A stretch of 64,000 nt of DNA, from the NCBI GenBank assembly GCA_002269645.1, contig NIVC01000556.1, positions 186,001 to 250,000 of the forward strand, given 5' to 3'. Each line of letters opens with the position of its first letter. Positions within the stretch are counted from its first letter, which is position 1. The notes under the pieces were generated by a model. It ran no database searches. It was not told the origin of the DNA and saw nothing but the letters and a program-made list of their open reading frames with translations. Source of the DNA: Macrostomum lignano. Lineage: Eukaryota. The position numbers and the translations under genes were made by a program. Positions 17,301-30,900 of the stretch are shown piece by piece.

Positions 17301-20300
17301 CTCAAACCTCCACGAGTTCGAAGATTTACAAGCTTAAACCTCCACGAGTTCGAAGATTTACAAGCTCAAAACTTCACGAGTTCGAAGATTTACAAGCTCA
17401 AAACTTCACGAGTTCGAAGATTCACAAGCTCAAAACTTCACGAGTTCGAAGATTGACAAGCTCAAAACTCGAAACTCGAAGTTTGAAATTATTGAAACTA
17501 AACAAAAGCCAATTATATCTGTATTATACAGTCTCACCTGCCACTAACAGCCTGCACTGGAGGCGGCGCAGCGGCCGTAGTTGCCACAGGTGCAGCACCG
17601 CCCATGTTGCTAGTGTCAACACCCAACGCCTGCAGCTCTTTCTGTTCAGTGGGAAATATGAATAAGTCTATTTTAAGCGAGCAATAGAAAAAATTCACAT
17701 CTGGATGATACACACTGCTTGAAAAAATTCTCTGAATTACCAAATACCTGAATGTTAGCATCACCTGTACTGTCAGTACGAATTTGCAAATTTACCTTGT
17801 GTATTCCGCCTCTAAATATGTGTGCATCAAATGAATAAAGGAAAAAATGGGTTCGAGCAATGGAGAGAAAAATCACGGAAATTATTTATTAATACAACAC
17901 TGGCACCAGAATGGGGCTGCTATTTAGTTTAATTAAGGACTCTGCTCACTGCTCTCTGCTCAGAAATTTAATTAGGGAAAAGAAAAAATTAGACTGATTA
18001 AGTATATAGTACGAAGACTATGGATTAGGGAGAGTAGGCGGGACTAGAAAGAGAGACAGGGGAGATTAGGGAAAGTCGGGAGATTAAGGAGAGCGGAGAT
18101 TAGGGAGTGAGGGGAGATTAGGGAAAGTAGGGAGATTAAGGAGAGCGGAGATAAGGGAGAGAGGGGAGATTAGGGAGTGAGGGGAGATTAGGGAGAAAGG
18201 GGAGTTTAGGGAGAGAGGCGAGATTAAGGAAAGTAGGGAGATTAGGAAGAATAGGGAGAAAAGTTGAGTGTCCAGATTAGGGGATTAGAGGATTAGATGA
18301 GATTAGAAAGATCATCTAAGGGAGAATGGGAAGAGTGGAAACAGATAGAGCAAAGTGCTGTAAAAATGAGTGGCATATTACATCATCATAAACTGTATTA
18401 AAAGGAAAAAACATATCCGTAAACAAGAACCCTCTCAGCGTGTACGAACCGGTCTAACATCCACATCTGTAGTACACGCACTAATCTCATTGACATTATT
18501 TGTCGCGCTTGTCACGTTAAAAAATGGCGACAGCGATAAACGAATTCTCGGACAGCAACGATTTAGTGGGAAGGAAGAATTACTACTATTGCTACTAGTA
18601 GTACTATGGTCCGCTAGCGTCTGATGCTGCATCTGTGCGGAATGGTTTATACGCTAGTATTAATAGAAGTTGTGGCACTTATACAGAAATATTCATAGAG
18701 AAATGTCGTTTGGACTAATTAGTACTACGGTAAACAAAACACGATGGTACGTTTAGTTCGAAATTTGAGGCAGAATTTCTCAACTTTATATACAACAGTG
18801 TGTACAGTCAGGGCTGTTGTACACCATATGTGAGCGTGTGTATGAGTGCACAGATACGCAGAACAACACAGACTTCAACAATGCCATGCCAATAAAGTTT
18901 GAAAAAAAACCAGATTCACCAGAACTTACCAGAATATCCACCCTCTCTCGATTGAGGGTCTCAACCTGCTCGGACGCCTGCTGCATCTGCTGCTGCACCA
19001 TGGCGATGTCGCCTAGTTTTGGATTCTGCTGATAAGTTTGCAGCAGTTTGTGCATCGCGTCCAAGCCTTTGGTTGCTTTCTCAAGTTCTTCGTCTTTCTG
19101 TTTGAGCTGCTCCACAAGCCGGCGCTTCTGCTGGGCCGGGGCCGACTGGAGAGGGGTGATGAGATTGAAATTTTTAGGGAGATGAAAGGATTGCACGGAG
19201 AGACGAGGGATTGTAGATAGAAACGAGGGTGTTATGGGGAGAGACAAAGGGATTGTAGGAAGAGACAAATGGATTGTAGGGAGAGACAAAGGGACTGTAG
19301 TTAGAAACAAAGGAACTGTAGGGAGAGACACAGTATGAAGGACGAGAAGACTGTAGGGAGGACTGTGGGGCCAGACAAATTGATTGTAGGGAGAGACGAA
19401 CATACATGCGCAACCTCCAAAATTCGGTCGGCCGTGCGACTTAGTTTTTACAAAAATGCGACGTAGTTTTTGGCCAAAAATGCGAATTACATGTAAAAGA
19501 AGCTCTAAAGCAAAAGTAACGCAAATTTTACCGTTTACCTTTTGGGTAAACGGCAGGAGTAACTATGGCTTTTTTTTTTAGGCAAAATGCTTCGGCATCT
19601 ACTTAGTACTTGGGTATTTATTCAGGTGGGCATTTTTGCGACTTACCTTGGTTGGCCGCCAAATCGGTCGGCCGACTGTTACGCATGTATGGAGACGAAG
19701 GGATTGCAGGGAGAGATGAAGGGATTGCAGGGAGAGACGAAGTGATTGTAGGGAGAGACAAAGAGATTGTAGGGAGAAACGAAGGGATTGCAGGGAGAGA
19801 CGAAGGGATTGTAGGGAGAGACGAAGGGATTGCAGGGAGAGACGAAGGGATTGTACAGAGGGAGACGAAGGGATTGTAGGTAGAAACGAAGGGATTGCAG
19901 GGAGAGACGAAGGGATTGTAGGGAGAGACGAAGGGATTGCAGGGAGAGACGAAGGGATTGTAGAGAGGGAGACGAAGGGATTGTAGGTAGAGACGAAGGG
20001 ATTACAGGGACTCGGGAGAGACGAAGGGATTGCAGGGAGAGACGAAGGGATTGTAGGGAGAGACGAAGGGATTGTAGAGAGGGAGACGAAGGGATTGTAG
20101 GTGGAGACGAAGGGACTGCAGGGAGAGACGAAGGGATTGTAGGGAGAGACAGAGATTGTAGGGAGAGACGAAGGGATTGTAGGGAGAGACAAATGGATTG
20201 TAGGGAGAAACGAAGGGATTGTAGAGAGAGAGGGAGAGACGAAGGGATTGTAGGGAGAAAGAGATTGCAGGGAGAGACGAAGGATTGTAGGCAGATCTAA

Positions 20301-21023
20301 GGCACTGTTGTAAGGCAAGAAAGGACACTAAGCTGATAGGTTTACCAGAGTAAATATAATAAACGCCAATTAAACGGACAGACCTTTTTATTAAGCGTGC
20401 CGAATTTATTCTTCTTTCCTGGCGCCGCCGCCTGCTGCTGCTGCTGCTGCTGGCTAATGCTGTCATTAGATCCGAGATCTTCGAATACCACATCGTCTGG
20501 CACAGGATTGCCAGAAGCGGTTACTCTCATGAATTCGTTAATATCATATTCGGCGTTAACATTGTCGGCTTTCTGGCGAAGAGTTTGACAACATTTTGTT
20601 CGAATATTAAGGGCTTGAAGCTCGCTATCGCCCCATAGCTGAAAGTGCTGCTTGCAGATGGCGGCAACGCGCTTCTCCTGCTCCTCTAGGGTGGCCAGCT
20701 GCTCCGGCAGGTGCTCCATGTAGTGCCGACTTTGGGCTGTGTTATAATCCGATAGCTCCTTGGCGTAGCTCTGCTTGCGCTCTTCGAACATGCTCTGCTT
20801 ATGCAGGAACACCTGCTGGAAGCGCTCCTCTTCGTTCTTAGTGATGTCTTTGTTGTCCTGGCGGAGAATTAAGGAGACAGCTCGTGATTGCATGCCGGTT
20901 ACTGCCGGCTCATAGACAGACAGACAGACACCCAGACAGGCAGGCAGACAGACTAAGACAGACAGCCAGATAGACAGACTGACTGACAGACAGACACACA
21001 GACAGACAGACGGACACATACAT

Positions 21024-21060
<37 letters not shown>

Positions 21061-21196
21061 TAGACAGACAGATAGACAGGCAGACAGACAGATAGACAGG
21101 CAGACAGACAGACAGATAGACAGGCAGGCAGGCAGACAGGCAGGCAGACAGACAGACAGACAGTCAGGCAGACAGTCAGGCAGACAGACAGTCAGG

Positions 21197-21231
<35 letters not shown>

Positions 21232-24200
21232 AGACACAGACGGGATACTGCAGAAAGGCAGACAGACAAAGGTCAGAAACAACAAAGCTCATATACACGG
21301 ACCTCAATAACTCGAAACAACTGTAAAATATTGATACACTGAACAAAAAAAATATTAGAAGAGCACCTTATTAGCAATGTAGTCCTCCCGAGCCTTCTTC
21401 ATCTCGACAAACGATCTTTGGTACTGACTCCTGACGCCTTCTAATTGGTTCCGATTGCGCTCCAAGTCTTTCACCAGGCCGGCGACTTTCTTCTCAGTCT
21501 GCTGCGACTGGCGTTGCGCTTCTCTTAGCGCGTCCTTGACCTCTTTGGATGATTTCAATAGTTCATCGCGCAGGGTGTCGTGCTGATTGGCAGACGATAC
21601 GAGTTCGGCAAGCATCTCGTCGAACGAGGTCTGCACGCTGAATCTGTGTCGCATTAATGAATAGAAGATACGATGGAATTTTCCACTACTGGTCAAGCTG
21701 AGAATCCAGTCTAAATCAATGGAATTTTCCACTACTGGTCAAGCTGAGAATCCAGTTTAAATCAATGGAATTTTCCACTACTGGTCAAGCTGAGAATCCA
21801 GTCTAAATCAATGGAATTTTCCACTACTGGTCAAGCTGAGAATCCAGTCTAAATCAATGGAATTTTCCACTACTGGTCAAGCTGAGAATCCAGTCTAAAT
21901 CAATGGAATTTTCCACTACTGGTCAAGCTGAGAATCCAGTCTAAATCAATGGAATTTTCCACTACTGGTCAAGCTAAGAATCCAGTCTAAATCAATGGAA
22001 TTTTCCACTACTGGTCAAGCTGAGAATCCAGTCTAAATCAATGGAATTTTCCACTACTGGTCAAGCTGAGAATCCAGTCTAAATCAATGGAATTTTCCAC
22101 TACTGGTCAAGCTGAGAATCCAGTCTAAATCAATGGAATTTTCCACTACTGGTCAAGCTGAGAATCCAGTCTAAATCAATGGAATTTTCCACTACTGGTC
22201 AAGCTAAGAATCCAGTCTAAATCAATGGAATGTTCCACTACTGGTCAAGCTGGGAATCAATTATAAAACTAGATAGGAATAAGAAGCATAACAACTTACT
22301 TAATCTTTTCCTTTTTGTCATATTCCTTTGTTCTAAACTCTTTGCAAAGTTTTCTAAAATTAAAAATAGAGAAGCACTGAATTTTTATAAAAACATAACA
22401 AAATGGCAATAACATTATTTGTTAAATAAAATAGGTACTTACCTTAAATCTTTTGCATATTTTTCTTCAATTTTACCTCTTCTCTCCAGGAAGTCTGAGT
22501 ACTGCTTTAGAAAATCTTGATTGTACTTAGTGAAGTTGTACAATTGTGGGTTGAATGTGTCCTAAAATAGAAATAGCCTTGTTAATCAATAGAACTCTCT
22601 AGCATTTATGTGAAAGATTGAAATCTAGAAAAAAAATAATGTATAAATTTAGGACAAGTAGTATTTTAAGACTTATAGAAATTACACTAAACCATACATA
22701 CATAAAACTTTATTTTTTAATATAAATGTGACTTACCTAAGAAAAAACCTTAAAGCAAAAATTAATGCAATTTTGGATAAACAGCAGGAGTAACTATAGG
22801 TGTCTTATAAAGGCTAAATACCTTATCAAATGTACTGTCTATATTCCTTTGGGTAGGCACTTTTGCGACTGCAACAAATCAAATTAAACTTCATATTCCA
22901 AAAAGACTTGCTTGCTCTTTTCCCTAGAATGAAGCCCTATATCTTGAAATTTGTACAAGGTATATATTTTAGCAATTCCCCCATGAGCATTAACATCTCA
23001 ACAACTCTTATTGTGAGCTACAAGATTTCAGAAATTTATTTTATGAACCTTGAGCAATAGTTTCAACAATTCTCTCTTTCCTTATAAGCTTCAACATCTT
23101 ACTTATTCTCCATAAGCACATTTTGTTTGAATCATAACCCTAAACCTACCAAGAGCTATAGCATTTTAGCAATCCCTTATGAGCATTGAAATCTTAAATT
23201 TTTTAAGAACAATTATTTAAATTTGAATTTAGAACTCTATGTTTGTTTTTTATAAAGACAAAATTAGCAATAATAAAAAGACTTCGAATATGATTTACTA
23301 GTTAGATGATAAAGCATTTTTGTAACTAAAAGGTATCATAGTTACTTTGCCATTTCCCTTTTAATTTTTGTATACATTTAGAACATACATGCGCAACAGT
23401 CGTCCGAGTCAGCCGATCCAGCTGACTGATTTGGCAGCCAACCAAGGAAGTCGCAAAAATGCCCACCCAAAAAATACCCACATAGTAGTACTAAGTAGCT
23501 GACGAGGCATTTTTGCCTGATAAGACAGTCAAGTTACTCCCGCTGTTTACCCAAAGTTGCGTTAATTTTGCAATTTTGCATTTTAGGTTTTTTTACATGT
23601 AAGTCGCATTTTTGGTCAAAAACTATGTCGCATTTTTGTTAAAACTAAGTTGCACGGCCAACCAAATTTTGGACGTTGCGCATGTATGATTTAGAAACAC
23701 ATTCAGATAATTTTGATTCAGATTTAAATTTTTTGTACATTTGGATTTGGTTTAGAAGCTTGCAAAAATCTAAATTTGGTACCTGTATAACTTTTGCCAA
23801 CACATTTTCAGACAGATCTTCCGACACTTTTTATGACACTTAAAATGTCGCAAAAAGTGTCAAAAAAAGTGTTTTAACAGTTGACTTTTGCCGAAACATT
23901 TTCAGACAGACCTTCCAACACTTTTTATGACACTTAAAATGTTGCAAAAAGTGTCGAAACAGTTAACATTTGCTGACACATATTTTCCAACACTTAAATT
24001 AATGCTGCAAAGTGTCTGAAAAGTGTCGTACAGTTAACTTCTGCCGACACATCTTTCAACACTTAAAATGTCACTTTTTAGAGCTAGGTGATATAGATAT
24101 AGCTCGTACTATTCATGTAAGCTTACATGTATCTTTGTTAAGTATGCATTACGCAGCAGCCTGCAGTACATGATAGATTCATTCAAATTAATCTTCAGTC

Positions 24201-24783
24201 AAATAAATATAGTAGATCAAACCATTAAATGTAAGTTTGTGATTTGAGAAACATTTCCCTGTTTCCCTGTTTAAAAGACCCCTTATGGGAGCAAGATACA
24301 AGAACTGTTTCTTCAACTGCTTCAAATTTTTGTTACAACACTTTTTTCTAACACTTTTTGCAACATTTTAAATGTCGTAAAACAGTGTCGGAAAATCTGT
24401 CTGAAGATGTTTTGGCAAAAGTTAACTGTTACAACACTTTTTCCGACACTTTTTGCAACACTTTAAGAGTCCTAAAAAAGTGTAGGAAGATCTGTCTGAA
24501 AATGTGTTGGCAAAAGTTATACAGGTAAATTTTGGTTTATCACTAACCTTAACCATATAATTTTGCATTTTGGTGCCAACAAAAAACTTAGGGCAATACA
24601 AAGTTGAAGTGATATCTATTAAATGCTGATATAGTAGCCTAAAAGAAGATTTATTTTTTTTAAATTAAACTAATAATGTTTCTACTAAGAAAAAGATTTA
24701 AAAAATTTATAAAAATAAAGAATCATATACTGTATGCCTTTGAAAATACTTACCCAGAGTTTATGATCCCACACAGAAGGCAT
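14314..24783 (-). CDS. F-BAR + HR1 + SH3 protein (Toca-1/FNBP1/CIP4 family), about 538 aa, 8 exons
   Basis: Exons 24783-24754 (MPSVWDHKLW), 22561-22443 (DTFNPQL...YAKDL), 22353-22300, 21643-21367, 20857-20384 (ends PDDVVFED..GTLNKK), 19145-18930 (HR1: QKRRL..DAMHKLLQTYQQNPKLGD), 17641-17538, and 14656 (or 14659, NAGNAG)-14314 (ADEFADE linker, SH3 MLYDF..DWTLV..GYVPTAY). All GT-AG, phases consistent, 1617 nt. Confidence 0.92.
14735..17465. repeat. 32-bp minisatellite (CTCCACGAGTTCGAAGATTTACAAGCTCAAAC), about 85 copies, in the last intron of the F-BAR gene
   Basis: 32-nt periodicity, variant blocks and a 736-bp higher-order duplication. Confidence 0.97.
18020..18310. repeat. Purine-rich degenerate repeat (GGGGAGATTAGGGA) in F-BAR intron
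   Basis: Recurring gggagattaggga motif. Confidence 0.8.
19190..20290. repeat. 21-bp minisatellite (GGGAGAGACGAAGGGATTGTA), interrupted by a MITE
   Basis: 21-nt periodicity on both sides of 19401-19691. Confidence 0.92.
19401..19691 (+). mobile_element. hAT-type MITE family A, copy 1
   Basis: TIR CATACATGCGCAAC / GTTACGCATGTATG; perfect 8-bp TSD GAGACGAA. Confidence 0.92.
20914..21270. repeat. (CAGA)n microsatellite
   Basis: Direct; reads (TCTG)n on the gene's sense strand. Confidence 0.97.
21673..22258. repeat. 46-bp near-perfect tandem array, about 12.5 copies
   Basis: Unit ATGGAATTTTCCACTACTGGTCAAGCTGAGAATCCAGTCTAAATCA. Confidence 0.97.
22696..22870 (+). mobile_element. Decayed partial copy of MITE family A
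   Basis: Shares aatgtgacttac...aaagcaaaa...cagcaggagtaactat with 19401 and 40607 copies. Confidence 0.6.
23384..23688 (-). mobile_element. hAT-type MITE family A, copy 2 (inverted)
   Basis: TIR CATACATGCGCAAC / GTTGCGCATGTATG; perfect TSD ATTTAGAA. Confidence 0.93.
23780..24527. mobile_element. Foldback/long-TIR non-autonomous element
   Basis: 43-bp perfect terminal inverted repeat TACCTGTATAACTTTTGCCAACACATTTTCAGACAGATCTTCC, extended by about 200 nt of internally repeated arms; near-duplicated flanks aaatttgg / aattttgg. Confidence 0.85.
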
Positions 24784-26951
24784 CTCACTTTTTAAACAAT
24801 AGGCCTAGCTTAAAGTTAAGATACAAAATACCACCTAAGTAGGCTTAAAAAATTAGCCTACCACTACTATCTGGGCCTACAACACAAGCAATTTATGGCT
24901 CTTTCTAAATTAATCCTACTAGACTTGAGTTTTTCAGTGTTTGCTAGACCACTTTTTGATTGATAAGCCTAAAATACTAAAACAAGAGTCAATAGGCTAT
25001 TCCTGTTTATTAGAATAAAGCCAAAACGGTTTCCTATTAGACTAGCTTATCTAGAACTGATACCGCCAAAAAGAATAGAATCAGTTGTAGACTTAGGCTT
25101 GTCTACAACTTAAAGTACTATAGAAAAAGTTCTACCACGGCGAACAATTACACAGGTACAAACGCCAAGCTGAACGTCCGTGTTCCTAAACTCAAATAGG
25201 TTCTAAATTTTAATTTGAATCTATCGGCGCGGTGAACACAGTCAGAATTTTTTAGACCTAAATTTAGTATGGAAAAGATAATCACTTATTATACGTTAGC
25301 TCTTTATCATAAAAATAAAAAAAATTCACACAAACAGTGACTTAATTAATAAGAAACATTTATGATGTAAACGGTCAGTAATAAATTTTCTTTTATTATA
25401 ATCAAGTAAAGACACATTTAAAGATTAGAAAAAAAATTTAAAGTTCCCCTTTTGAATTTATGGTACCGCGAACTTCATGAAATCTTTTAATGTATTCCTC
25501 GGTGCCTTTCATTTTTCTGTATATATATATATATCCTCTGTTCAAAATCAGTGTGACTGTCGCCTTAAATGACTAAAAGTGAAATCCACCACTAAGTATT
25601 TTTCAGAATTTGTCCGTTTGCAACGTTCCTAAGGAAACGCTTGAATTTTTTAGCAATTTGTAAAAATAAAGACCAACCTCCTTTTATTTGATGAATTTTA
25701 TTCTAGTTTACATTAAGTATATTTTTGTGTAACAGGCAGCTCTCAGAACAGCTTACCAAAGGAAAGCAACTACGTACAGATGACGTTTTAAAAAAACTGC
25801 GGATTGTAACGGTTTAATCAAATTATATTCAATTTAGAGCTAAAAAACTATTTCGTAAGCTGTAACTGTTAAAAGTTTTAAAAATTTACTTATATTTGAT
25901 ATTTTTACTAACACTAGCTTTGTCTATTATTGATTTTTGCTTCACCGCTACAATTTGATTTATTCTCTATTTATTACAAAAAATATTCCCGGCCTGACCC
26001 CGGATTCTTTCCTTCAAACAGATAATTCAAACAAAAAAGAATTCTAGATAAATAAAGGTAAATATCAACATGAAGTACTATTTGAGTTGCCGATGCATTT
26101 CGTCCATTTGCATTAGGACATCGTCAGGGTCTTTTTATTTAAGAAACAATTTGAACGAATATTCAGTATATATCAGAATAGATAGTTGAGAGTAACAAGA
26201 GTAGTTGAATTGAGTTTTTAATTGATGGTTTAAAACTTGTACATAGTAATCAATTTTTTTGATACAGTATTGGTTGGGTAAAGTGCATATCAGTTTCAAG
26301 CCAGTCCGGTCATTGACAAATCAGCTAAAAAATTCTGAGTTGACGGCTAGCCCCACCCATCGCAAGTTGGTTATTTAACGTGGGCTGTTTGGTCTTAATG
26401 TACAGGGCTTCTAATAGGCAGAGCATGTGATCTCTATTACAAAATTCAATAGCCTTTATCATTTCGTGTGGTTCAGCCTCACAACAAGAATTGCAGGTTA
26501 GCAGGTGAAAAAGAATTCATTTTTTGGGATGCAATCCTTACTCTAACACTATATTCAGCTTTAACATTTTATAAGCAGAAACTTTTTGTACTAAAGAAAA
26601 AACATTGGCATTGCATTGGCACAAATACAAACATCTACAAGATTAAACATGCCATGGGCCCCCTCGCCCCTAAAGTTTCTAAAGTTTCATTTAGATATTT
26701 CAGGATTAAAATACATAACTTTTATAGTCTGGTAGCCCAGGGGTGCACTATAGTATTGGATAGGCCTATGTTGTATGATTGAGCAGGATTTCCATATCCA
26801 AAATAGGCCACCCCAATTATATATGTTGTGTAACTGTATTTTACTACGTGATATTATTAAGAATTATAGGGCCTACTACATTCTACTTATTATATTATTA
26901 GACTACTACATACTAGAGTGGATTACTACATTATACAATTTGTAATTTAAT

Positions 26952-27643
26952 CATAGGCATCGCCATCATTATGTTTTTAAAAGTGGGAAGCCAAGCAGGT
27001 ACCTTTAATGCCTATGTCATATGCTTCCCCTCCCCCCTCCCACTTTAAAAGTGGGGCCTGGGGGGTCCAATCTAATCTGTAGTTTTAGTCTTCACCTCTT
27101 GTAAGATATAAGCAGCAAATAATTTATTGAATAAAAAAGTATAACAATTTTAGAACTATTTGGAGAATAAAGTGAATAAAAAATAGGATAGGTACTAGAG
27201 GTCGGACAGGATTGAAATATTCGGGCGGGATCGGGATCGGGAATAATTTTTTTCTCGGGATCGGGATCGGGATCGGGATTTCGGGAATCGGGATCAGGTC
27301 TTTTAGTGTATTGTCCATGTAAAGTTAAACAAAATTGAGAAAAGATTGTCAAGATCAAGAAGTAAAACACAACGAATTTGATATGAAGTTTTGTAACCAA
27401 CAAAGTAAATAATGTAACGAGTACAAGTTAAAGCAAAATACCTTCAAGTAATCACTAATTCTATAAACTATTTAATCAAAAGACCTGTTCCCGAATCTCG
27501 AGTTTTTTAGGGTCGGGATTCTTGTCCCGCGGGAATTCAATTTTCCTCGGGATCCCGAGATTTCGGGATCGGGATCGGGATCCCGTCCGACCTCTAATAG
27601 GTACTTTGATGCCCCTTTCCCCTGGCCTGTTCCAGTGCCTATG
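26952..27643. mobile_element. Older hAT-type MITE hosting a nested insertion
   Basis: Ends CATAGGCA...TGCCTATG; flanks aatttaat / acttcaat (6/8). Confidence 0.55.
27196..27596. mobile_element. hAT-type MITE with subterminal (CGGGAT)n
   Basis: TIR TAGAGGTCGGAC / GTCCGACCTCTA; perfect 8-bp TSD ATAGGTAC. Confidence 0.93.
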
Positions 27644-27943
27644 ACTTCAATGAATACATAATATATTTACATTTCTTATATTTAGTCTCATTTTTATACA
27701 AAACTTTTACTCATTACTATCAGTATTTAGTCAGCATTGGTATCTATAGGTCTATTTTATAATTTTTTTACTAATTTTATGAAGTTATATTAATGTATTC
27801 TAATGAGATCTATAAAATTTCAGAAGATATGTCTCAATAAGTGATTTATTCAATATTTAATTTATAGAAATAAAAAACAAATATATTCTGTTTGACTGTT
27901 TCTTCAGAGTATCTGATTATTAAACTAAACTGGTTGTCTATCA

Positions 27944-30900
27944 ATGGGATGTGGAGCATCAAAGCCAAGTAAGTCAAAACATCAATTCTAAATAATAGTA
28001 GGGACTTTCAAAACAATTTTGCTAGAAATTAGCACCACTTTATTCTATGCATCATTATAGGCCTGTCCTGAGTTTTTGTCTAAATTCTCAATTAGATCTT
28101 ACTAGACTAGATCTTGAAAAAACTTGATCTTATCTTGCTCAGATTGACTTTGCTTGAAACCATTTAATTCTTATTCAAATTGCCCCTATTCAATTATTCT
28201 TAGCTCTAAGAACTTGAGCTAAATTCTCAAGATTCTCAACCTTAAGACCTAGCCCATATACAGTATTAGAGAAAACAAGCTAATCTATGAGGTTTTATTG
28301 AGAAATTAATCAAGTCCTATCTTTCCTATATAGTAAAACTTTTAGTCTTGCCTCACTTGATTTTAATCTCAAAGGCCAAACTCTTAACTTTGAGATTTTT
28401 CACCCAATTTCTTGTCTTGTCTAACCTTATAAATTATGTATTATAAATAAAAAAACTAAAATTGTGATTTTCCTAACACAGGGCCAAACCGCACAGGCCA
28501 CTCAAATAATGGAGGCCATCAACAGCAGCAATCATCAAGACCAGCCAATGGTCAGCCGCAGCAGCAGCAGCATTACCCTTCGCAGCAGTACCCTCCACAG
28601 CAGTACCCGCCACAGCAGTACCCTCCACAGCAATACCCGCCGCAGTACCCACCTCCACCGCCACCAAATCATCAGCAGATGCCGCCGCCCCCTCCATACT
28701 CAACTCAGCCAATGATGCCGCCAATGGCCTACCCGCAACAGCATCATCAAATGCATCAGCAGCCGCATCCGCAGCAGCAGATTATCATACACCAGCGGGG
28801 TCACCGAAGGCGCGGTCACAATAACGACATGGCTTTAATGGCTGGGGCAGCCATGGTTGGCGGCGTAGGCGGTAAGTGTTTTGCTGAATTATCAGTGCAC
28901 CATATGAATTAGTTTAGCCTTACTTATCTTAGGTTAGCGAGCGAAAGTGTATGTGACTATCTGAGCTAAACTACACGGCAGCACCGCAGTGGACTGTCGG
29001 CCATTTTACTGCCAACAATTTTAGGCTATTGTAGGTGTAGATTTGGGCATAGGAATAAAGATTTAGGATAGGGTTTGAGTGAGAGTTGTGTTAGGGTAAG
29101 GTTTTAAGTCCGGATTATGTTCATATCATATAGTATGAGTTCATTTCCCGTCATATAAGTTCATTTCCCGTCATATAAGTTCATTTCCTCTTGGATGAGT
29201 TCGTTTACCCTCAGATGAGTTCATTTCCTGTCTAGATGAGTTCAATTCCTCTCAGATGAGTTTAGTTCCTCCTAGATGAGCGTATTTCCTCTCAGATGAG
29301 TTCATTTCCTCTTAGATGAGTTCATTTCCTCTCAGATGAGTTCATTTCCTCTTAGATGAGTTCATTTCCTCTCAGATGAGTTCATTTCCTCTTATTGTAG
29401 ATGAGTTCATTTCCTCTCAGATGAGTTCATTTCCTCTTAGATGAGTTCATTTCCTCTCAGATGAGTTCATTTCCTCTTAGACGAGTTCATTTCCTCTCAG
29501 ATGAGTTCATTTCCTCTTAGATGAGTTCATTTCCTCTCAGATGAGTTCATTTCCTCTTATTGTAGATGAGTTCATTTCCTCTCAGATGAGTTCATTTCCT
29601 CTTAGATGAGTTCATTTCCTCTCAGATGAGTTCATTTCCTCTTAGACGAGTTCATTTCCTCTCAGATGAGTTCATTTCCTCTTAGATGAGTTCATTTCCT
29701 CTCAGATGAGTTCATTTCCTCTTAGACGAGTTCATTTCCTCTCAGATGAGTTCATTTCCTCTTAGATGAGTTCATTTCCTCTCAGATGAGTTCATTTCAT
29801 TTTAGATGAGTTCATTTCCTCTCAGATGAGTTCATTTCATTTTAGATGAGTTCAGTTCCTCTCAGATGAGTTCAATTTCTCTCAGATGAGTTCAGTTCCT
29901 TTTAGATGAGTTCATTTCCTCTTAGATGAGTTCATTTCCTCTTAGATGAGTTCATTTCCTCTCAGATGAGTTCATTTCCTCTTAGACGAGTTCATTTCCT
30001 CTCAGATGAGTTCATTTCCTCTTAGATGAGTTCATTTCCTCTCAGATGAGTTCATTTCATTTTAGATGAGTTCATTTCCTCTCAGATGAGTTCATTTCAT
30101 TTTAGATGAGTTCATTTCCTCTCAGATGAGTTCATTTCATTTTAGATGAGTTCAGTTCCTCTCAGATGAGTTCAATTTCTCTCAGATGAGTTCAGTTCCT
30201 TTTAGATGAGTTCATTTCCTCGTAGATGAGTTCATTTCCTCTTAGATGAGTTCAATTTCTCTCAGATGAGTTCAGTTCCTTTTAGACGAGTTCATTTCCT
30301 CTCAGATGAGTTCATTTCCTCTTAGATGAGTTCATTTCCTCTTAGATGAGTTCATTTCCTCTTAGATGAGTTCATTTCCTCTCAGATGAGTTCATTTCCT
30401 CTCAGATGAGTTCATTTCCTCTCAGATGAGTTCATTTCCTCTCAGATGAGTTCAATTTCTCTCAGATGAGTTCAGTTCCTTTTAGATGAGTTCATTTCCT
30501 CGTAGATGAGTTCATTTCCTCTCAGATGAGTTCAGTTCCTCTCAGATGAGTTCATTTCCTCTCAGATGAGTTCATTTCCTCTCAGATGAGTTCAATTTCT
30601 CTCAGATGAGTTCAGTTCCTTTTAGATGAGTTCATTTCCTCGTAGATGAGTTCATTTCCTCTCAGATGAGTTCAGTTCCTTTTAGATGAGTTCATTTCCT
30701 CTAAGATAAGTTCATTTCCTCTCAGATGAGTTCATTTGCTCTCAGATGAGTTCATTTCCTCTCAGATGAGTTCATCTGAGTTCATTTCCTCTTGGATGAG
30801 TTTAATTCCTCTCAGATGAGTTCATTTCCTCTCAGATGAGTTAAATTCCTCTCGGATGAGTTAAATTCCTCTCGGATGAGTTCATTTCCTCTCGGATGAG

